A DNA stretch of 64,000 bases. Origin: an uncultured delta proteobacterium (lineage in GTDB: Bacteria; Desulfobacterota; Binatia; Binatales; Binataceae). The first letter of the stretch is position 1; each line of letters begins with the position of its first letter. Positions 38,861 to 49,350 of this stretch are shown here, one piece after another. Both the position numbers and the translations under genes were made by a program. The stretch is from assembly GCA_963794325.1 (NCBI GenBank), contig CAWCDG010000004.1:1664001-1728000 (forward strand), written 5' to 3'. The notes below the pieces were generated by a model. The model ran no database searches and was not told the origin of the DNA. It worked only from the letters and a program-made list of their open reading frames with translations.

Positions 38861-39091
38861 ATGAAAGCGCGTGAAGGGGTTCGCCTCGACCTGCGAGGCG
38901 TCAAATGTCCGCTCAACTGGGCGCGGGCGAAGGTGCGCCTCGAGCAGATGGCGCGTGGCGAGGTGCTCGACCTGACGCTCGACGATCCGCGCGGTGCTCG
39001 CGACATCCCCGGCGCCGCTGAGGCGGAAGGCTACGTGATTCTCGAATCGACCGCGCGCAACGGCATCTTTCATCTGCGCATCGAAAGGTAG
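38861..39091 (+). CDS. TusA/SirA family sulfurtransferase
   Basis: LDLRGVKCPLN..LDDP. Confidence 0.88.
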   Translation: MKAREGVRLDLRGVKCPLNWARAKVRLEQMARGEVLDLTLDDPRGARDIPGAAEAEGYVILESTARNGIFHLRIER

Positions 39092-39129
39092 TTTGCACCT
39101 CACAGTCGTTCGCGTTAGAAGTCACGCCG

Positions 39130-39972
39130 ATGCGCGTACAAGTTGGTGACGTTCGATTGTTCTTTGACGTGGAAGGCGCCAAGCTGCGGCCCGACGGCGC
39201 GAAGATGCGCGAGGCGCCGACGGTTGTCCTGCTGCATGGCGGCCCTGGCTTCGACCATTCGAACTTCAAGCCCGACTTCTCGCGGCTCGCGGAGAGTGTG
39301 CAGGTCGTCTATCTCGACCATCGCGGGAACGGCCGCAGCGATCACGGCGACCCGTCGAAATGGAATCTCGCGCAATGGGGCGACGATGTGCGCGCATTTT
39401 GCGAGGCGCTGGAGATCGAGCGCCCGATCGTGCTCGGAGTCTCGTTCGGCGGGATGGTTGCGATGTCGTACGCCACGCGTCATCCGGAGCATCCCGCGAA
39501 GCTCGTGCTCAGCAGCACGGCGGCGGTAAGCCGGCAGGATCGATCGCTGGAAATGTTCGACAAGCTCGGCGGTCCTGAAGTGCGCGAAGTGGCGCGCAGA
39601 TTTTTCGAGAATCCCGGGCCGGAAGCGATGGTCGAATATACGAAGAAGTGTCTGCCGCTTTACAACCGGACTCCGTCGCCGCCCGAGTTCATGCAGCGCG
39701 CGGTGATGAATCCGAAGGTGACCGCCGATTTTTTTCTGCACGAATCGCACACCTTCAACTTTCTGCCTGACCTCGCGAAGATAAAATGCCCGACTCTGAT
39801 TACCGCCGGCGAACTCGATCCGATTCTGCCCGTTGCCGATTCGAAGGACATCGCCGATGCGATGGCGCCGGGAGTTGCGCGGCTCGAAGTCTTCGAGAAT
39901 GCCGGCCATGGGGTGCATCGCGATCAGCCTGATCGCTTCTTCAAAATGCTCGACGAATTCATCCGAGCGTGA
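39130..39972 (+). CDS. Alpha/beta hydrolase (proline iminopeptidase-like)
   Basis: HGGPG, DHRGNGRS, GVSFGG, GELD and AGH catalytic elements. Confidence 0.9.
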   Translation: MRVQVGDVRLFFDVEGAKLRPDGAKMREAPTVVLLHGGPGFDHSNFKPDFSRLAESVQVVYLDHRGNGRSDHGDPSKWNLAQWGDDVRAFCEALEIERPIVLGVSFGGMVAMSYATRHPEHPAKLVLSSTAAVSRQDRSLEMFDKLGGPEVREVARRFFENPGPEAMVEYTKKCLPLYNRTPSPPEFMQRAVMNPKVTADFFLHESHTFNFLPDLAKIKCPTLITAGELDPILPVADSKDIADAMAPGVARLEVFENAGHGVHRDQPDRFFKMLDEFIRA

Positions 39973-39982
39973 CTTGGGCGAG

Positions 39983-40669
39983 ATGGGCAAGCGCTATTTC
40001 ACTCCGCGATTTTTTGAATTCTTCGAAGAGCTGAGCCGCAACAACAATCGCGAGTGGTTCACAGCCAACAAGCCGCGCTATGAGCGCGACGTGCGGGAGC
40101 CGATGCTCGCGTTTATCGCGGACTTCGCGCCGCGGCTCAGAAAGATCAATCCATGCTACGTCGCCGACCCGCGCCCGTCTGGCGGATCGATGATGCGCAT
40201 CTATCGCAATCTGCGCTTCTCGCGCGACAAGACGCCCTATCACACAAATGCGAGCGCAGCATTCGGCCATCGCGACGGCGCGCATTTCAACTCGCCGTCG
40301 TTCTACCTGTCGCTCTCGCCGGCGGAGGCTTTCGCGGGCGTCGGCGTGTGGCATCCGCAGGCGGACACCATCGCGAAGATCCGCGATGCGATCGTCGCAC
40401 ATCCCGCGAAGTGGAAGAGCGCGATCAACGATAAAAAATTCAAGGCGCGCTTCGACATGATGGGCGACATGCTGTCGCGCCCACCAAAGGGCTACGACGC
40501 CAGCTATCCGATGATCGAGGACCTCAAGCGCAAGGATTTCGTCGGTGGCACTCAATTCACCCGCAAGGAAGTCTGCTCGCCAGAGTTCATGGATCTGTTC
40601 TCCAAAGCGTGCGCGACGTCGGCCCCATTCATGAAGTTCCTGACCGAAGCGATGGGCCTGAAGTGGTAA
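39983..40669 (+). CDS. DUF2461 family protein
   Basis: NNNREWF, RIYRNLRFSRDKTPY and LKRK motifs. Confidence 0.88.
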   Translation: MGKRYFTPRFFEFFEELSRNNNREWFTANKPRYERDVREPMLAFIADFAPRLRKINPCYVADPRPSGGSMMRIYRNLRFSRDKTPYHTNASAAFGHRDGAHFNSPSFYLSLSPAEAFAGVGVWHPQADTIAKIRDAIVAHPAKWKSAINDKKFKARFDMMGDMLSRPPKGYDASYPMIEDLKRKDFVGGTQFTRKEVCSPEFMDLFSKACATSAPFMKFLTEAMGLKW

Positions 40670-40673
40670 CTGG

Positions 40674-40915
40674 ATCCTAACCTCTTCTTGTCCGAGGAGA
40701 GGTCGGCGCGAGCCGAAGGCGAGCGACGGGAGAGGTGCAACGCCAGACTGTCGCAACAGTGCCCGTTGTGCTGCTGTCGAGCGGCGAACCCTTGTCTGTT
40801 CATTGAGATTAAACGAGTCGGGGTTGGTGGGCTGTCGAGCGTTGCACCTCACCCGGCGACACCGCCTTTCACGCGGCTTACGCCGACCTCCCCTCGGACA
40901 AGGAGAGGTTAGGAT
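40674..40915. repeat. About 240-bp REPIN/MITE-like inverted-repeat element (family C-related)
   Basis: ATCCTAACCTCTTCTTGTCCGAGG..GAGGTGCAACGC pairs with GCGTTGCACCTC..CCTCGGACAAGGAGAGGTTAGGAT. Confidence 0.85.
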
Positions 40916-40985
40916 TTTTGGATTGTTCGCGCCGTCTGGTTTGACGGTTGGGTCTCATGGGGATGCCGGGATAAACTCAATCGCG

Positions 40986-43900
40986 ATGAGATGTTCTGGT
41001 TGCGGCGCTGAGAATCCGGCGGGGATGAAGTTCTGTGGCAGCTGCGGAGTTGCGCTGCGGAACAAATGTCCGCGCTGCGGATTTGAAAACTCGCCAGAGT
41101 TTAAATTTTGCGGGGAATGCGGGATGGCGCTGACGGTGGCTCGGGAAGCCATCGCTGGCGCGAACTCGCCTTCGCCGGTTGTCGAGCCCGCAGTGCGCGT
41201 CAGACTGGAGCACGAGGCGGCGGATGCGGCGGGCGGGGAGCGCAAGACTGTCACGGCGCTGTTTGCGGATATCAAAGGGTCGATGGATCTGATGGAGCGG
41301 CTCGATCCTGAAGAGGCGCGGGCGATTGTCGATCCGGCGCTGAAACTGATGATCGACGCGATGCATCGCTACGACGGTTACATCGTGCAGTCCACTGGCG
41401 ATGGAATCTTTGCGCTGTTCGGGGCGCCAGTTGCGCATGAAGATCATGCTCAGCGCGCGCTCTATGCTGCGCTGCGCGTGCAGGAGGACATGGCGAAATA
41501 TTCGGCCGGGTTGCGGGCACAGGGAAGTCCGCCGGTCGAGATTCGGGTGGGCCTCAACACCGGCGAGGTGGTGGTGCGCTCGATTCGCACCGACGACGCG
41601 CACACTGAGTACACGCCGATTGGGCATTCGATGAGCCTGGCAGCGCGAATGCAAACGCTCGCGCCGACCGGCTCGATCGTAATCACGGAGCAGACGCAGA
41701 AACTCACGGCCGGTTATTTCGAGTTGAAGCCGCTCGGCCCGGCGCGAATCAAAGGCGTCAGCGATCCGATCAACGTGTACGAGGTGCTTGGAATCGGTCC
41801 GCTCAAGACGCGGCTGCAGATGTCAGCGTCGCGCGGTTTGTCGAAGTTTGTCGGGCGACGCGCGGAGCTCGAGCAGCTCGACGGGGCGCTCGAGCTGGCG
41901 CGCGGCGGGCATGGCCAGATTGTCGCGGCGATGGCCGAGGCGGGAGTCGGCAAGTCGCGCCTGTTTCACGAATTCAAAATGCGCCGGCAGGCTGAATGCC
42001 TGGTGCTCGAAGCGTTCTCGTTCTCACACGGCAAAGCGTCGGCATATTTGCCGGTGGTCGATCTGTTGAAGACTTATTTCCGAATTGCCGATCGCGACGA
42101 CGAGCGCACGCGTCGCGAGAAGGTTACCGGCAAGGTGCTGGCGCTGGACCGCGCGCTCGAGGATACGTTGCCGCATCTGTTCGCGCTGCTCGGAATTCCG
42201 GCCGGCGACGCTGGCCTGGACGGGATGGACCCCGCGATTCGACGCCGCCGCACGCGCGAGGCGGTTAAGAGTCTGATCGTGCGCGAGAGCCTCAATCAGC
42301 CGCTGATTCTGATTTTCGAAGATCTCCATTGGGTCGATGCGGAGTCCGAAGCGCTGTTGCAGCTGATGGCCGATTCGCTTGGCACCGCGCAAATTTTGAT
42401 GATGGTCAACTATCGGCCCGAGTATCGCCATAGCTGGGGCAACAAAACCTACTACACGCAGTTGCGGCTCGATCCGCTGGGGCCCGACAACGCGGCCGAG
42501 CTGCTGACGGCGATGATTGGCGACGCGTCCGCGCTGGCGCCGTTGAAGACGACGATAATCGAACGCACCCAGGGCAATCCATTTTTCATGGAGGAGATGG
42601 TTCAGGTGCTGTTCGACCAGGGAGTGCTGGTGCGCGACGGCGAGGTGTCGATTGCCAAGCCACTCACTTCGATTGCGATACCGTCGACGGTCAAGGGTAT
42701 CCTTGCGGCGCGAATCGACAAGCTCGCTCCCGCGGACAAGGACCTGCTGCAATCGCTCGCGGTGATCGGCAAGGAATTTCCGATCGGCCTCGTGCGCCGC
42801 GTGGTCGGAAAGGCCGATGAAGAGCTGGCGCCGATGCTATCCAACCTGCAAGCGTCCGAGTTTATCTACGAACAACCGGCCTTTCCTGAAAACGAATACA
42901 CCTTCAAGCACGCGCTGACCCAGGAAGTCGCGTACGACTCGGTTTTGATGCAACGGCGCAGGGCGATCCATGAGCGCGCGGCGACGGCGCTCGAGGAGAT
43001 GTTCGCATCGACGCTGGACGATCACGTGGCCGAACTGGCGCATCACTACGGCCGCAGTGCGAACGCGCCGAAGGCGATAGAATATCTGCGCCGCGCGGCC
43101 GAGCAGGCGGGGGCGCGGTCGGCGTACAATGACGCGATCGGTTATGTGCGCGAGGGGTTGCGGCTCCTCGCGACGATGCCGGAATCGCGCGAGCGCGATC
43201 ACAGTGAGCTGAAGATCCAGATGATGATGGGGCCGCTGATCGTTGCGGTCCAGGGATTTTCGTCGGCGGAGTTGGCGACCAACGTCAAGCGCGCGCAGGA
43301 ACTATGCCGCAGCGCGGGCGAGACACCGGAAGTCTTCGCTGTGCTGGCGGGGCTGTGGAGCTTCGACCACGCGAACGGACAGCTGCGCGAAAGCCGCGAG
43401 CTCGCGGACAAATTGCTCACGATGGCCGAGCGCATGCAGACCGATCTGGCGACGGGAGTCGCGCATAACGCGATGGGAACGTCGTGTCTCTGGATGGGCG
43501 AATTTGCGGCGGCGCGCGAACATCTGGAGATTGCCGGCAAAGCCTTCGACCGCGATCTGCCGCGCTTCGTGCCGATGATGCAGACGCCGGTCACGCCGTC
43601 ACGCTGCAATCTTGCGTGGGCGCTTCATATGTCCGGATTTCCCGATCAGGCGCAACGCCGGATGGACGAAGCGACTGAAATGGCGCTGCAGATTCGCCGT
43701 CCGTTCAGCGTCGCGTTCGCCAATCTGTACGCGATCGTGCTGATGCACTTCCGGCGTGAATATGCGGACATACGGCCACGCTCGGAAGCCTTGATCGAAC
43801 TGTCTCGCGAAAATGGACTTCCCTTTTGGCTGGCGGCGGGAGAGATGTGCCTGGCGCGCACGATTGCCGGCGAGGGCGAGTTTAGCGGCGACGAAGCGGC

Positions 43901-44375
43901 GATGACGTCCGGGCTCGCGATGCTGAAAAAAGCCGTCGAGAGCCTGGCCGCCAGCGGCGCCGACCTGATCTACACGTTCTCATTCATCATGCTTGCGGAA
44001 GTCTATCTGACGATGAAACGAGTGGACGAATGCCTGCGCGCGCTCGACCAGATTGCGGAAAGGATCGAACAGAAGGATCATCGCCTGCTCGAGGTCGAAG
44101 TTCACCGGATCCGCGGCGAGGCTATTCTGCTGCGTCCCGACGGCGCCCTCGAAGCCGAGCGATGCTTCCGGCGCGCAATCGAGATTGGGGTGCGTCAGGG
44201 AGCGCGCTCATGGAAACTGCGCGCCGCGACGAGCCTGGCGCGGCTGTTAATGAAGACGGCCAGGCGCGACGAGGCGCGCGCAACCTTGACGCCGGCGTTC
44301 GCGGAGTTCACCGAGGGCTTCGATACGACCGATCTGCGCGAGGCGAAAGCGATACTCGAAGAATTAAAATCGTAG
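40986..44375 (+). CDS. Double zinc-ribbon / class III nucleotide cyclase / P-loop NTPase / TPR-like protein
   Basis: Four CxxC pairs; LFADIKGS, GDG and AARMQ; AEAGVGKS, FEDLHWVD and GNPFF; helical C-terminus ending GFDTTDL. Confidence 0.92.
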   Translation: MRCSGCGAENPAGMKFCGSCGVALRNKCPRCGFENSPEFKFCGECGMALTVAREAIAGANSPSPVVEPAVRVRLEHEAADAAGGERKTVTALFADIKGSMDLMERLDPEEARAIVDPALKLMIDAMHRYDGYIVQSTGDGIFALFGAPVAHEDHAQRALYAALRVQEDMAKYSAGLRAQGSPPVEIRVGLNTGEVVVRSIRTDDAHTEYTPIGHSMSLAARMQTLAPTGSIVITEQTQKLTAGYFELKPLGPARIKGVSDPINVYEVLGIGPLKTRLQMSASRGLSKFVGRRAELEQLDGALELARGGHGQIVAAMAEAGVGKSRLFHEFKMRRQAECLVLEAFSFSHGKASAYLPVVDLLKTYFRIADRDDERTRREKVTGKVLALDRALEDTLPHLFALLGIPAGDAGLDGMDPAIRRRRTREAVKSLIVRESLNQPLILIFEDLHWVDAESEALLQLMADSLGTAQILMMVNYRPEYRHSWGNKTYYTQLRLDPLGPDNAAELLTAMIGDASALAPLKTTIIERTQGNPFFMEEMVQVLFDQGVLVRDGEVSIAKPLTSIAIPSTVKGILAARIDKLAPADKDLLQSLAVIGKEFPIGLVRRVVGKADEELAPMLSNLQASEFIYEQPAFPENEYTFKHALTQEVAYDSVLMQRRRAIHERAATALEEMFASTLDDHVAELAHHYGRSANAPKAIEYLRRAAEQAGARSAYNDAIGYVREGLRLLATMPESRERDHSELKIQMMMGPLIVAVQGFSSAELATNVKRAQELCRSAGETPEVFAVLAGLWSFDHANGQLRESRELADKLLTMAERMQTDLATGVAHNAMGTSCLWMGEFAAAREHLEIAGKAFDRDLPRFVPMMQTPVTPSRCNLAWALHMSGFPDQAQRRMDEATEMALQIRRPFSVAFANLYAIVLMHFRREYADIRPRSEALIELSRENGLPFWLAAGEMCLARTIAGEGEFSGDEAAMTSGLAMLKKAVESLAASGADLIYTFSFIMLAEVYLTMKRVDECLRALDQIAERIEQKDHRLLEVEVHRIRGEAILLRPDGALEAERCFRRAIEIGVRQGARSWKLRAATSLARLLMKTARRDEARATLTPAFAEFTEGFDTTDLREAKAILEELKS

Positions 44376-44385
44376 CGCGATGCGC

Positions 44386-45630
44386 TTAGAGCATGCGGCC
44401 TATCTTCTGGCGCAGGCGGCCGAAGAATCCGGCGCGAGCGACTTCACGTTTAGCCACGATCGGAATCGTCGCTTCAGGCTTGCCATTAAACAGGACCGTC
44501 AGATTGCCGACCGAGACTCCCGGTTGAACCGGCGCCTCGAGGTACCGCACTGACGGCTCGAACTGAACCGTCGCCTTGGTCTCCTCGCCGCGCCCGAGCG
44601 TAAACACCGCATCGCCATTAGGCCCGATCGCGACAGTTTCATCGACACCGTCGTGCACTGGTATCGTCCTGGGCAGCGTCTTTCTCAGATCAGGCCGGTA
44701 GCTGACGAAAGTGCGAAACGCCCAATCGATCAATTTCTCGGATTCGGTAACGCGCCGCGCCTCGCTCGGCGCGCCCAGCACCGCCGACAGCAGATTCATC
44801 CCGTTGGAGGTCGCCGACGCGACCAGATGATAGCCGGCTTCGTCGACGTGGCCGGTCTTGATTCCGTTCACGCGCGGGTCGTGGAGCAGCAGCTTGTTGA
44901 AGTTTGGCTGCGAGATTTTGTCGAAGGTGAATTCCTTGGCCGAGGTGTATTTGATCGCTTCAGGATGATGCGTGACGAGCGAGTGTGCCAGCGCGACCAT
45001 GTCGGCCGCGGTGGTGAACTCGCCTTCTTCGGGCAGGCCGTCGGGATTGTCGAAGTGAGTCTCCTTGAGGCCGATTTCCGCGGCCTTGTCGTTCATCATC
45101 TTGGTGAACGCATCGGTGCTTCCTCCGAGGTATTCAGCGAGCGCGACGGCGGCATCGTTGCCCGAGGAGACCATCAGACCAAAAAGGAGATCGTTCACCG
45201 CGACTTTCTGCCCGACGCCCAGGAACATCCGCGAGACGGTATCGTTCATGGAGAGCCGCCAGGCATTTTCGCTGATCGTGATGTCGGTCGAAGGCGAGAT
45301 CTTGCCCGCCTTGAGCGCGTCGAGAGTGAGATAGAACGTCATGATCTTCGCGAGGCTCGCGGGCTGCATCTTCTCGTGCTCGTTGTAGGCGTACAGCACC
45401 GCACCGGTGTCGGCGTCGATCATCATGGCGGCCCTCGCGTCGAGGGCGAACGGCGCCGGCCGATCTCCGAGCACGTGAATCGAGCTCAGCGCAACGGCTG
45501 GGGCCTCTTCGTGCGGCTTCGGTGCGACGGGATGCCGGTGAATGACCTTCGCAAACGCAGCAGTGGAACTCGCCGCCACCACAGCGATCGCTGCAAGCAC
45601 AATTATTTTCGAGATTGGTTTTATCCGCAC
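44386..45630 (-). CDS. dacA: D-alanyl-D-alanine carboxypeptidase (PBP5/6)
   Basis: PASLAK (SxxK), SGN and KTG motifs; signal peptide; GTG start with a GAGGA RBS. Confidence 0.92.
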   Translation of the reverse strand: MRIKPISKIIVLAAIAVVAASSTAAFAKVIHRHPVAPKPHEEAPAVALSSIHVLGDRPAPFALDARAAMMIDADTGAVLYAYNEHEKMQPASLAKIMTFYLTLDALKAGKISPSTDITISENAWRLSMNDTVSRMFLGVGQKVAVNDLLFGLMVSSGNDAAVALAEYLGGSTDAFTKMMNDKAAEIGLKETHFDNPDGLPEEGEFTTAADMVALAHSLVTHHPEAIKYTSAKEFTFDKISQPNFNKLLLHDPRVNGIKTGHVDEAGYHLVASATSNGMNLLSAVLGAPSEARRVTESEKLIDWAFRTFVSYRPDLRKTLPRTIPVHDGVDETVAIGPNGDAVFTLGRGEETKATVQFEPSVRYLEAPVQPGVSVGNLTVLFNGKPEATIPIVAKREVARAGFFGRLRQKIGRML

Positions 45631-45733
45631 GCCCGTCCTCAGCCGCCTGAACAGATTACTACGCGAGCGCCCGACGCGCGACGTTCGCCAATCGTCATAT
45701 TCCATTTTGTCGAAGCATAAAGGAAACTGAACC

Positions 45734-47047
45734 TTGGTGGATATCTCCGTAATTTTACCGGTCATGAACGAGGCCGAAAACCTGCGGGTGCTGATCCCCA
45801 GGCTGACCGCGTTGCTGGACCGCGAGCGGATCAGTCACGAGATCGTCGTGATCGACGGCCCCTCCACCGACGGCACTCGTGAAGTATCGCAGGAACTCGG
45901 CGCGCGGGTGGTTGAAGAACGCCGGCACGGATTCGCAGGCGCGTTGGAGACGGGTATTGCCGAGGCGCGCGGCGACTACGTGCTGACGCTCGACGCCGAC
46001 CAATCGCACGACCCGGATTTCGTCGTCAAGATGTGGCGCGCTCGGACGCGCGCGGACATCGTAGTTGCGTCGCGCTACGTGCTGGGCGGCGTCGCTTACT
46101 CGGATTTTATCCGCCGATCGACCAGCTGGTTTCTGAACCAGGCATTGCGGCGGATGCTCTCGATACCGGTGCTCGACATGTCCAGCGGATATCGCCTGTA
46201 CCGGCGCGAGGTGTTTGCCGAGCTGGAACTCACCTCCTCGAACTTCGAGGTGCAGGAGGAAATCCTGGTCAAGGCCTACGCCAGCGGATTCAGCGTGGTG
46301 GAAGTTCCGTTCACCTATTTTCCGCGCGGCGCGGGACGCTCGCACGCGAAGCTATTCAGCTTCGGCTGGAAGATTTTCCGCTCTTCGCTGTCACTGTGGA
46401 AAATCCGCAACTCGCTCATGTCCGCCGACTATGACGAGCGCGCCTTCTACAGCCGGATTCCGCCGCAACGCTATTGGCAGCGCCGGCGCCACCGCATCAC
46501 TGTGCTATGGGCGCGCGGCGCAGACCGGGTACTCGACGCGGGATGCGGCTCCAGCTTGATCGTGCAGAGCCTCAACAACGTGGTCGGCATGGACTTCAAC
46601 TACGCGAAGCTCCGCTTCTTACGCCGCTACGGGATTCCGCTGATCAACGGATCGGCCTTCGCGCTGCCATTCAAGGACGGCTCCTTCGATTGCGTAATGA
46701 GCTCGCAGGTCATTGAGCATATTCGATACGACGAGTCGATTTTCAGCGAGATGCATCGGGTGCTCCGCGCGGGCGGCACGTTGGTACTCGGCACACCCGA
46801 CTACGCGACTATTGGCTGGCGGATGATCGAGCCGATTTATGGATTTCTGATGCCGGGCGGATACAAGGACCAGCACATTACGCATTACACGCTCGACCAG
46901 CTGCGCGAGATCCTGACGCGCTACGGAATCGTGATCGAGGAGGTTGCTTACATCGCGCGCAGCGAAGTGATCCTCAAGTGCCGCAAGACTGGAATTGAGA
47001 ATCGTGCGCGGGCTGAGGCCGCCGCGGTCGCATCGACGGCGGCATGA
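45734..47047 (+). CDS. GT2 (DPM1-like) glycosyltransferase fused to a class I methyltransferase
   Basis: SVILPVMNE, LDADQSHDP and DMSSGYR; then LDAGCG, VIEH and RVLRAGG. Confidence 0.88.
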   Translation: MVDISVILPVMNEAENLRVLIPRLTALLDRERISHEIVVIDGPSTDGTREVSQELGARVVEERRHGFAGALETGIAEARGDYVLTLDADQSHDPDFVVKMWRARTRADIVVASRYVLGGVAYSDFIRRSTSWFLNQALRRMLSIPVLDMSSGYRLYRREVFAELELTSSNFEVQEEILVKAYASGFSVVEVPFTYFPRGAGRSHAKLFSFGWKIFRSSLSLWKIRNSLMSADYDERAFYSRIPPQRYWQRRRHRITVLWARGADRVLDAGCGSSLIVQSLNNVVGMDFNYAKLRFLRRYGIPLINGSAFALPFKDGSFDCVMSSQVIEHIRYDESIFSEMHRVLRAGGTLVLGTPDYATIGWRMIEPIYGFLMPGGYKDQHITHYTLDQLREILTRYGIVIEEVAYIARSEVILKCRKTGIENRARAEAAAVASTAA

Positions 47048-47475
47048 AGGCTGAGCGAGTCGTGCCGCTGAGAAGATCAGCCGGTGCGCTGTCTATTCTG
47101 CTGGCGATCGCGACTTGCACCGCCTCGTGCTCGAGCAATGAGGAGCAGGCGCCCGAGATGAATCTGCCCAGCATGCAAATCTCGCCCGCTGCGCCCGGCA
47201 GTTGCCGGATCGATGCAATCAAGATGTGCCAGGCGGAGGGCGGCGGGAGCGCGGCGCCGCAGGAGGAGCAGAAGGCGACGATGCCGATGCCTACCTACGG
47301 ACCTCCCAATCTTCCTGACTCAATCGAATTTCAAATTCCCGCGGGCCAGGCAATCAAGCTGACGTGCTATTACGATCCCCAGCACAAATCGGTTTACAAG
47401 GCCGACGCCACCCCGGACGCCGCGCTTACGGCGAACTCGGTCGAGTACATGACAAAACAGGGCTTCTGCGAGTAG
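47044..47475 (+). CDS. Hypothetical lipoprotein
   Basis: Lipobox-like TASC; start overlaps the upstream stop. Confidence 0.6.
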   Translation: MKAERVVPLRRSAGALSILLAIATCTASCSSNEEQAPEMNLPSMQISPAAPGSCRIDAIKMCQAEGGGSAAPQEEQKATMPMPTYGPPNLPDSIEFQIPAGQAIKLTCYYDPQHKSVYKADATPDAALTANSVEYMTKQGFCE

Positions 47476-47485
47476 AGGCCCTCGG

Positions 47486-48070
47486 CTACTGGCCCGCGCG
47501 GTCGGCGGCTTTCTGCGCGGCGGCTGCTGCCGCTGCCGCGGCGGCGTGGGTCTGAGCAGTCTTTTCCATGGCGGCTTTGCGCTGCTCGCCGCGCGCGAGA
47601 TTCTGTCTCATCTGAGCCCCGCCTGCGGCGCCCAGATCTTGCGATTCCCACTTGGGCTTCGCGACCGAGACCCATCGGCCACCATCGAGCGCGTAGGTGA
47701 AAACCAGGTACTTGAGCTTGCCGGTCGCGAAACCTTTGGGGGTGCCGCCCTTCTTGCTCGGATCGTACTCGACCCCGCCGAGCTTGCAGCTTACGACGAG
47801 ATGGTTGTGCGGGCCGTAGGTTGGCAGATACTCGAACTTCTGCATCAGGTCGATGTACACTTGGCCCTTGCCTTTCTTTTCATCCTGCTCGTCGAAGTAG
47901 GGCCCGGACACATCGGAGAGTTTGTCCTGGAGCGACTGCTCCAGGGCGGGCGTCAGATCCTTTTGCGCGCGCGCATGTTGCAAGTCATATGCATTTGCGA
48001 GCGACGCATTCAGCGGAAAAAAGAGCGCGGCCGCAAGGGCGACCGCGCTGAGGATCTTGAGGTTCTTCAT
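47486..48070 (-). CDS. Hypothetical exported protein
   Basis: Signal peptide ending ANA and an Ala-rich tail; last gene of the exbBD run. Confidence 0.7.
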   Translation of the reverse strand: MKNLKILSAVALAAALFFPLNASLANAYDLQHARAQKDLTPALEQSLQDKLSDVSGPYFDEQDEKKGKGQVYIDLMQKFEYLPTYGPHNHLVVSCKLGGVEYDPSKKGGTPKGFATGKLKYLVFTYALDGGRWVSVAKPKWESQDLGAAGGAQMRQNLARGEQRKAAMEKTAQTHAAAAAAAAAAQKAADRAGQ

Positions 48071-48116
48071 AACGTCCCAGCCATCGTCTTACTAGACGAC
48101 TGGCTCGCGCAAATAT

Positions 48117-49340
48117 TTACTGACTCCCGCTGCCGCCGCTATTCAGCCCGCGGCCGAAAGCAGACACTTGCGACTGCCACTGGTCGCCGAAGGCGAGGAT
48201 CAGGACCTGCTGGTTGATATGGGCGTCCTTGGTCAGCGACTTCATCGAGCCGCCACCCGCTGCCGCGAGCACTTTGTACGCCGCTTGAGTCTGCCGATAG
48301 AACGCCGGCAACGGCGAGATCTTCGGCGGCTCCTCGCGATGCACCTTCAGCCAGAACTCGCGCTCGAACCGCTCGTGCTCTTCAGCCGCGACGTCCACCG
48401 TGTTGAAAGTCCCGTTGTTGGATTTGAATTGGCGTATCAGCGCAAGCAGCGGTGCGAAGTCCTCGGTGCGCGGGGGCGAATCGCCGACCAGCACCACGAC
48501 CTTCTTGGCGTACGGCTTCCAGTCCATCTTGTTGATTCCGGTCTGGACCGCGCCCAGCGTGTCCTCTTCCCATTCGCCGCCGCCCATCGCCTGGATGCCG
48601 TTAAGGAATTCGCTGAGCTTCTGCGGCGACAGCGTCAGCGGCTGGATATTCATCTTCTCGCCCTTGCCGCCGAACACGATTATTCCGATTCGCGCAATCG
48701 GCACCAGCCGGTGAATCGACTGAACGAGTTGCTCCATCTTGGCTTTGACGTCGTCGATGATCAGTTTCATCGAGCCGGTGCCGTCGATTACCAGCACCAC
48801 GTCGAGGCCTTTACGTCGCAGCTCGCCGATGAAGCCGCCGAAGCCCGAGCCGATGCCGTGGCCGTAGCCTGAGCCCATGCCGCCGCCACGGCCGATACCG
48901 ATACCGCCGCCGCCGGCTGCGCGCACGTAGTCATTGGCGAGACCGACTGCCTGCGAGGTGTCGACCGCGGTCGGCTGTTCCATCTGTTGCGGCGCCGAGT
49001 CGGGCATCGGCACTTCGGGCATGTCGAGATCCTGCATCTCGTTGCCGCCGCCACCGCCGCCGCCCGCCTCGAGGTTCACCATGATCAATTCGCGGCCACG
49101 CTGCTCGTGGACCGTGATGATCAGGAAAAGCAGGGCGAGAACGTGAAGGGCGACCGATAGAGGAAAAGGCCCGATCAACAGACCAAGCGCATCTTTTATC
49201 TTCTGCAGGCGGGTCGCATCCGCCTCGTCATCGTCGCGATTGGCCTCGGCGAGGGCCTCTCGCTTGCCGATAATTCGGTAGAAGATAAAAGCGACGACGA
49301 ACGTCGAGAGGACCAGTAAAGCGATGATTACTGCGATCAT
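48117..49340 (-). CDS. Membrane-anchored vWA protein with a TonB-like TM helix
   Basis: LSVALHVLALLFL helix, Gly/Pro-rich linker, VIDGTGSM MIDAS, GGGEWEED and VLVGDSPP. Confidence 0.8.
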   Translation of the reverse strand: MIAVIIALLVLSTFVVAFIFYRIIGKREALAEANRDDDEADATRLQKIKDALGLLIGPFPLSVALHVLALLFLIITVHEQRGRELIMVNLEAGGGGGGGNEMQDLDMPEVPMPDSAPQQMEQPTAVDTSQAVGLANDYVRAAGGGGIGIGRGGGMGSGYGHGIGSGFGGFIGELRRKGLDVVLVIDGTGSMKLIIDDVKAKMEQLVQSIHRLVPIARIGIIVFGGKGEKMNIQPLTLSPQKLSEFLNGIQAMGGGEWEEDTLGAVQTGINKMDWKPYAKKVVVLVGDSPPRTEDFAPLLALIRQFKSNNGTFNTVDVAAEEHERFEREFWLKVHREEPPKISPLPAFYRQTQAAYKVLAAAGGGSMKSLTKDAHINQQVLILAFGDQWQSQVSAFGRGLNSGGSGSQ

Positions 49341-49350
49341 ATGTAAATTC

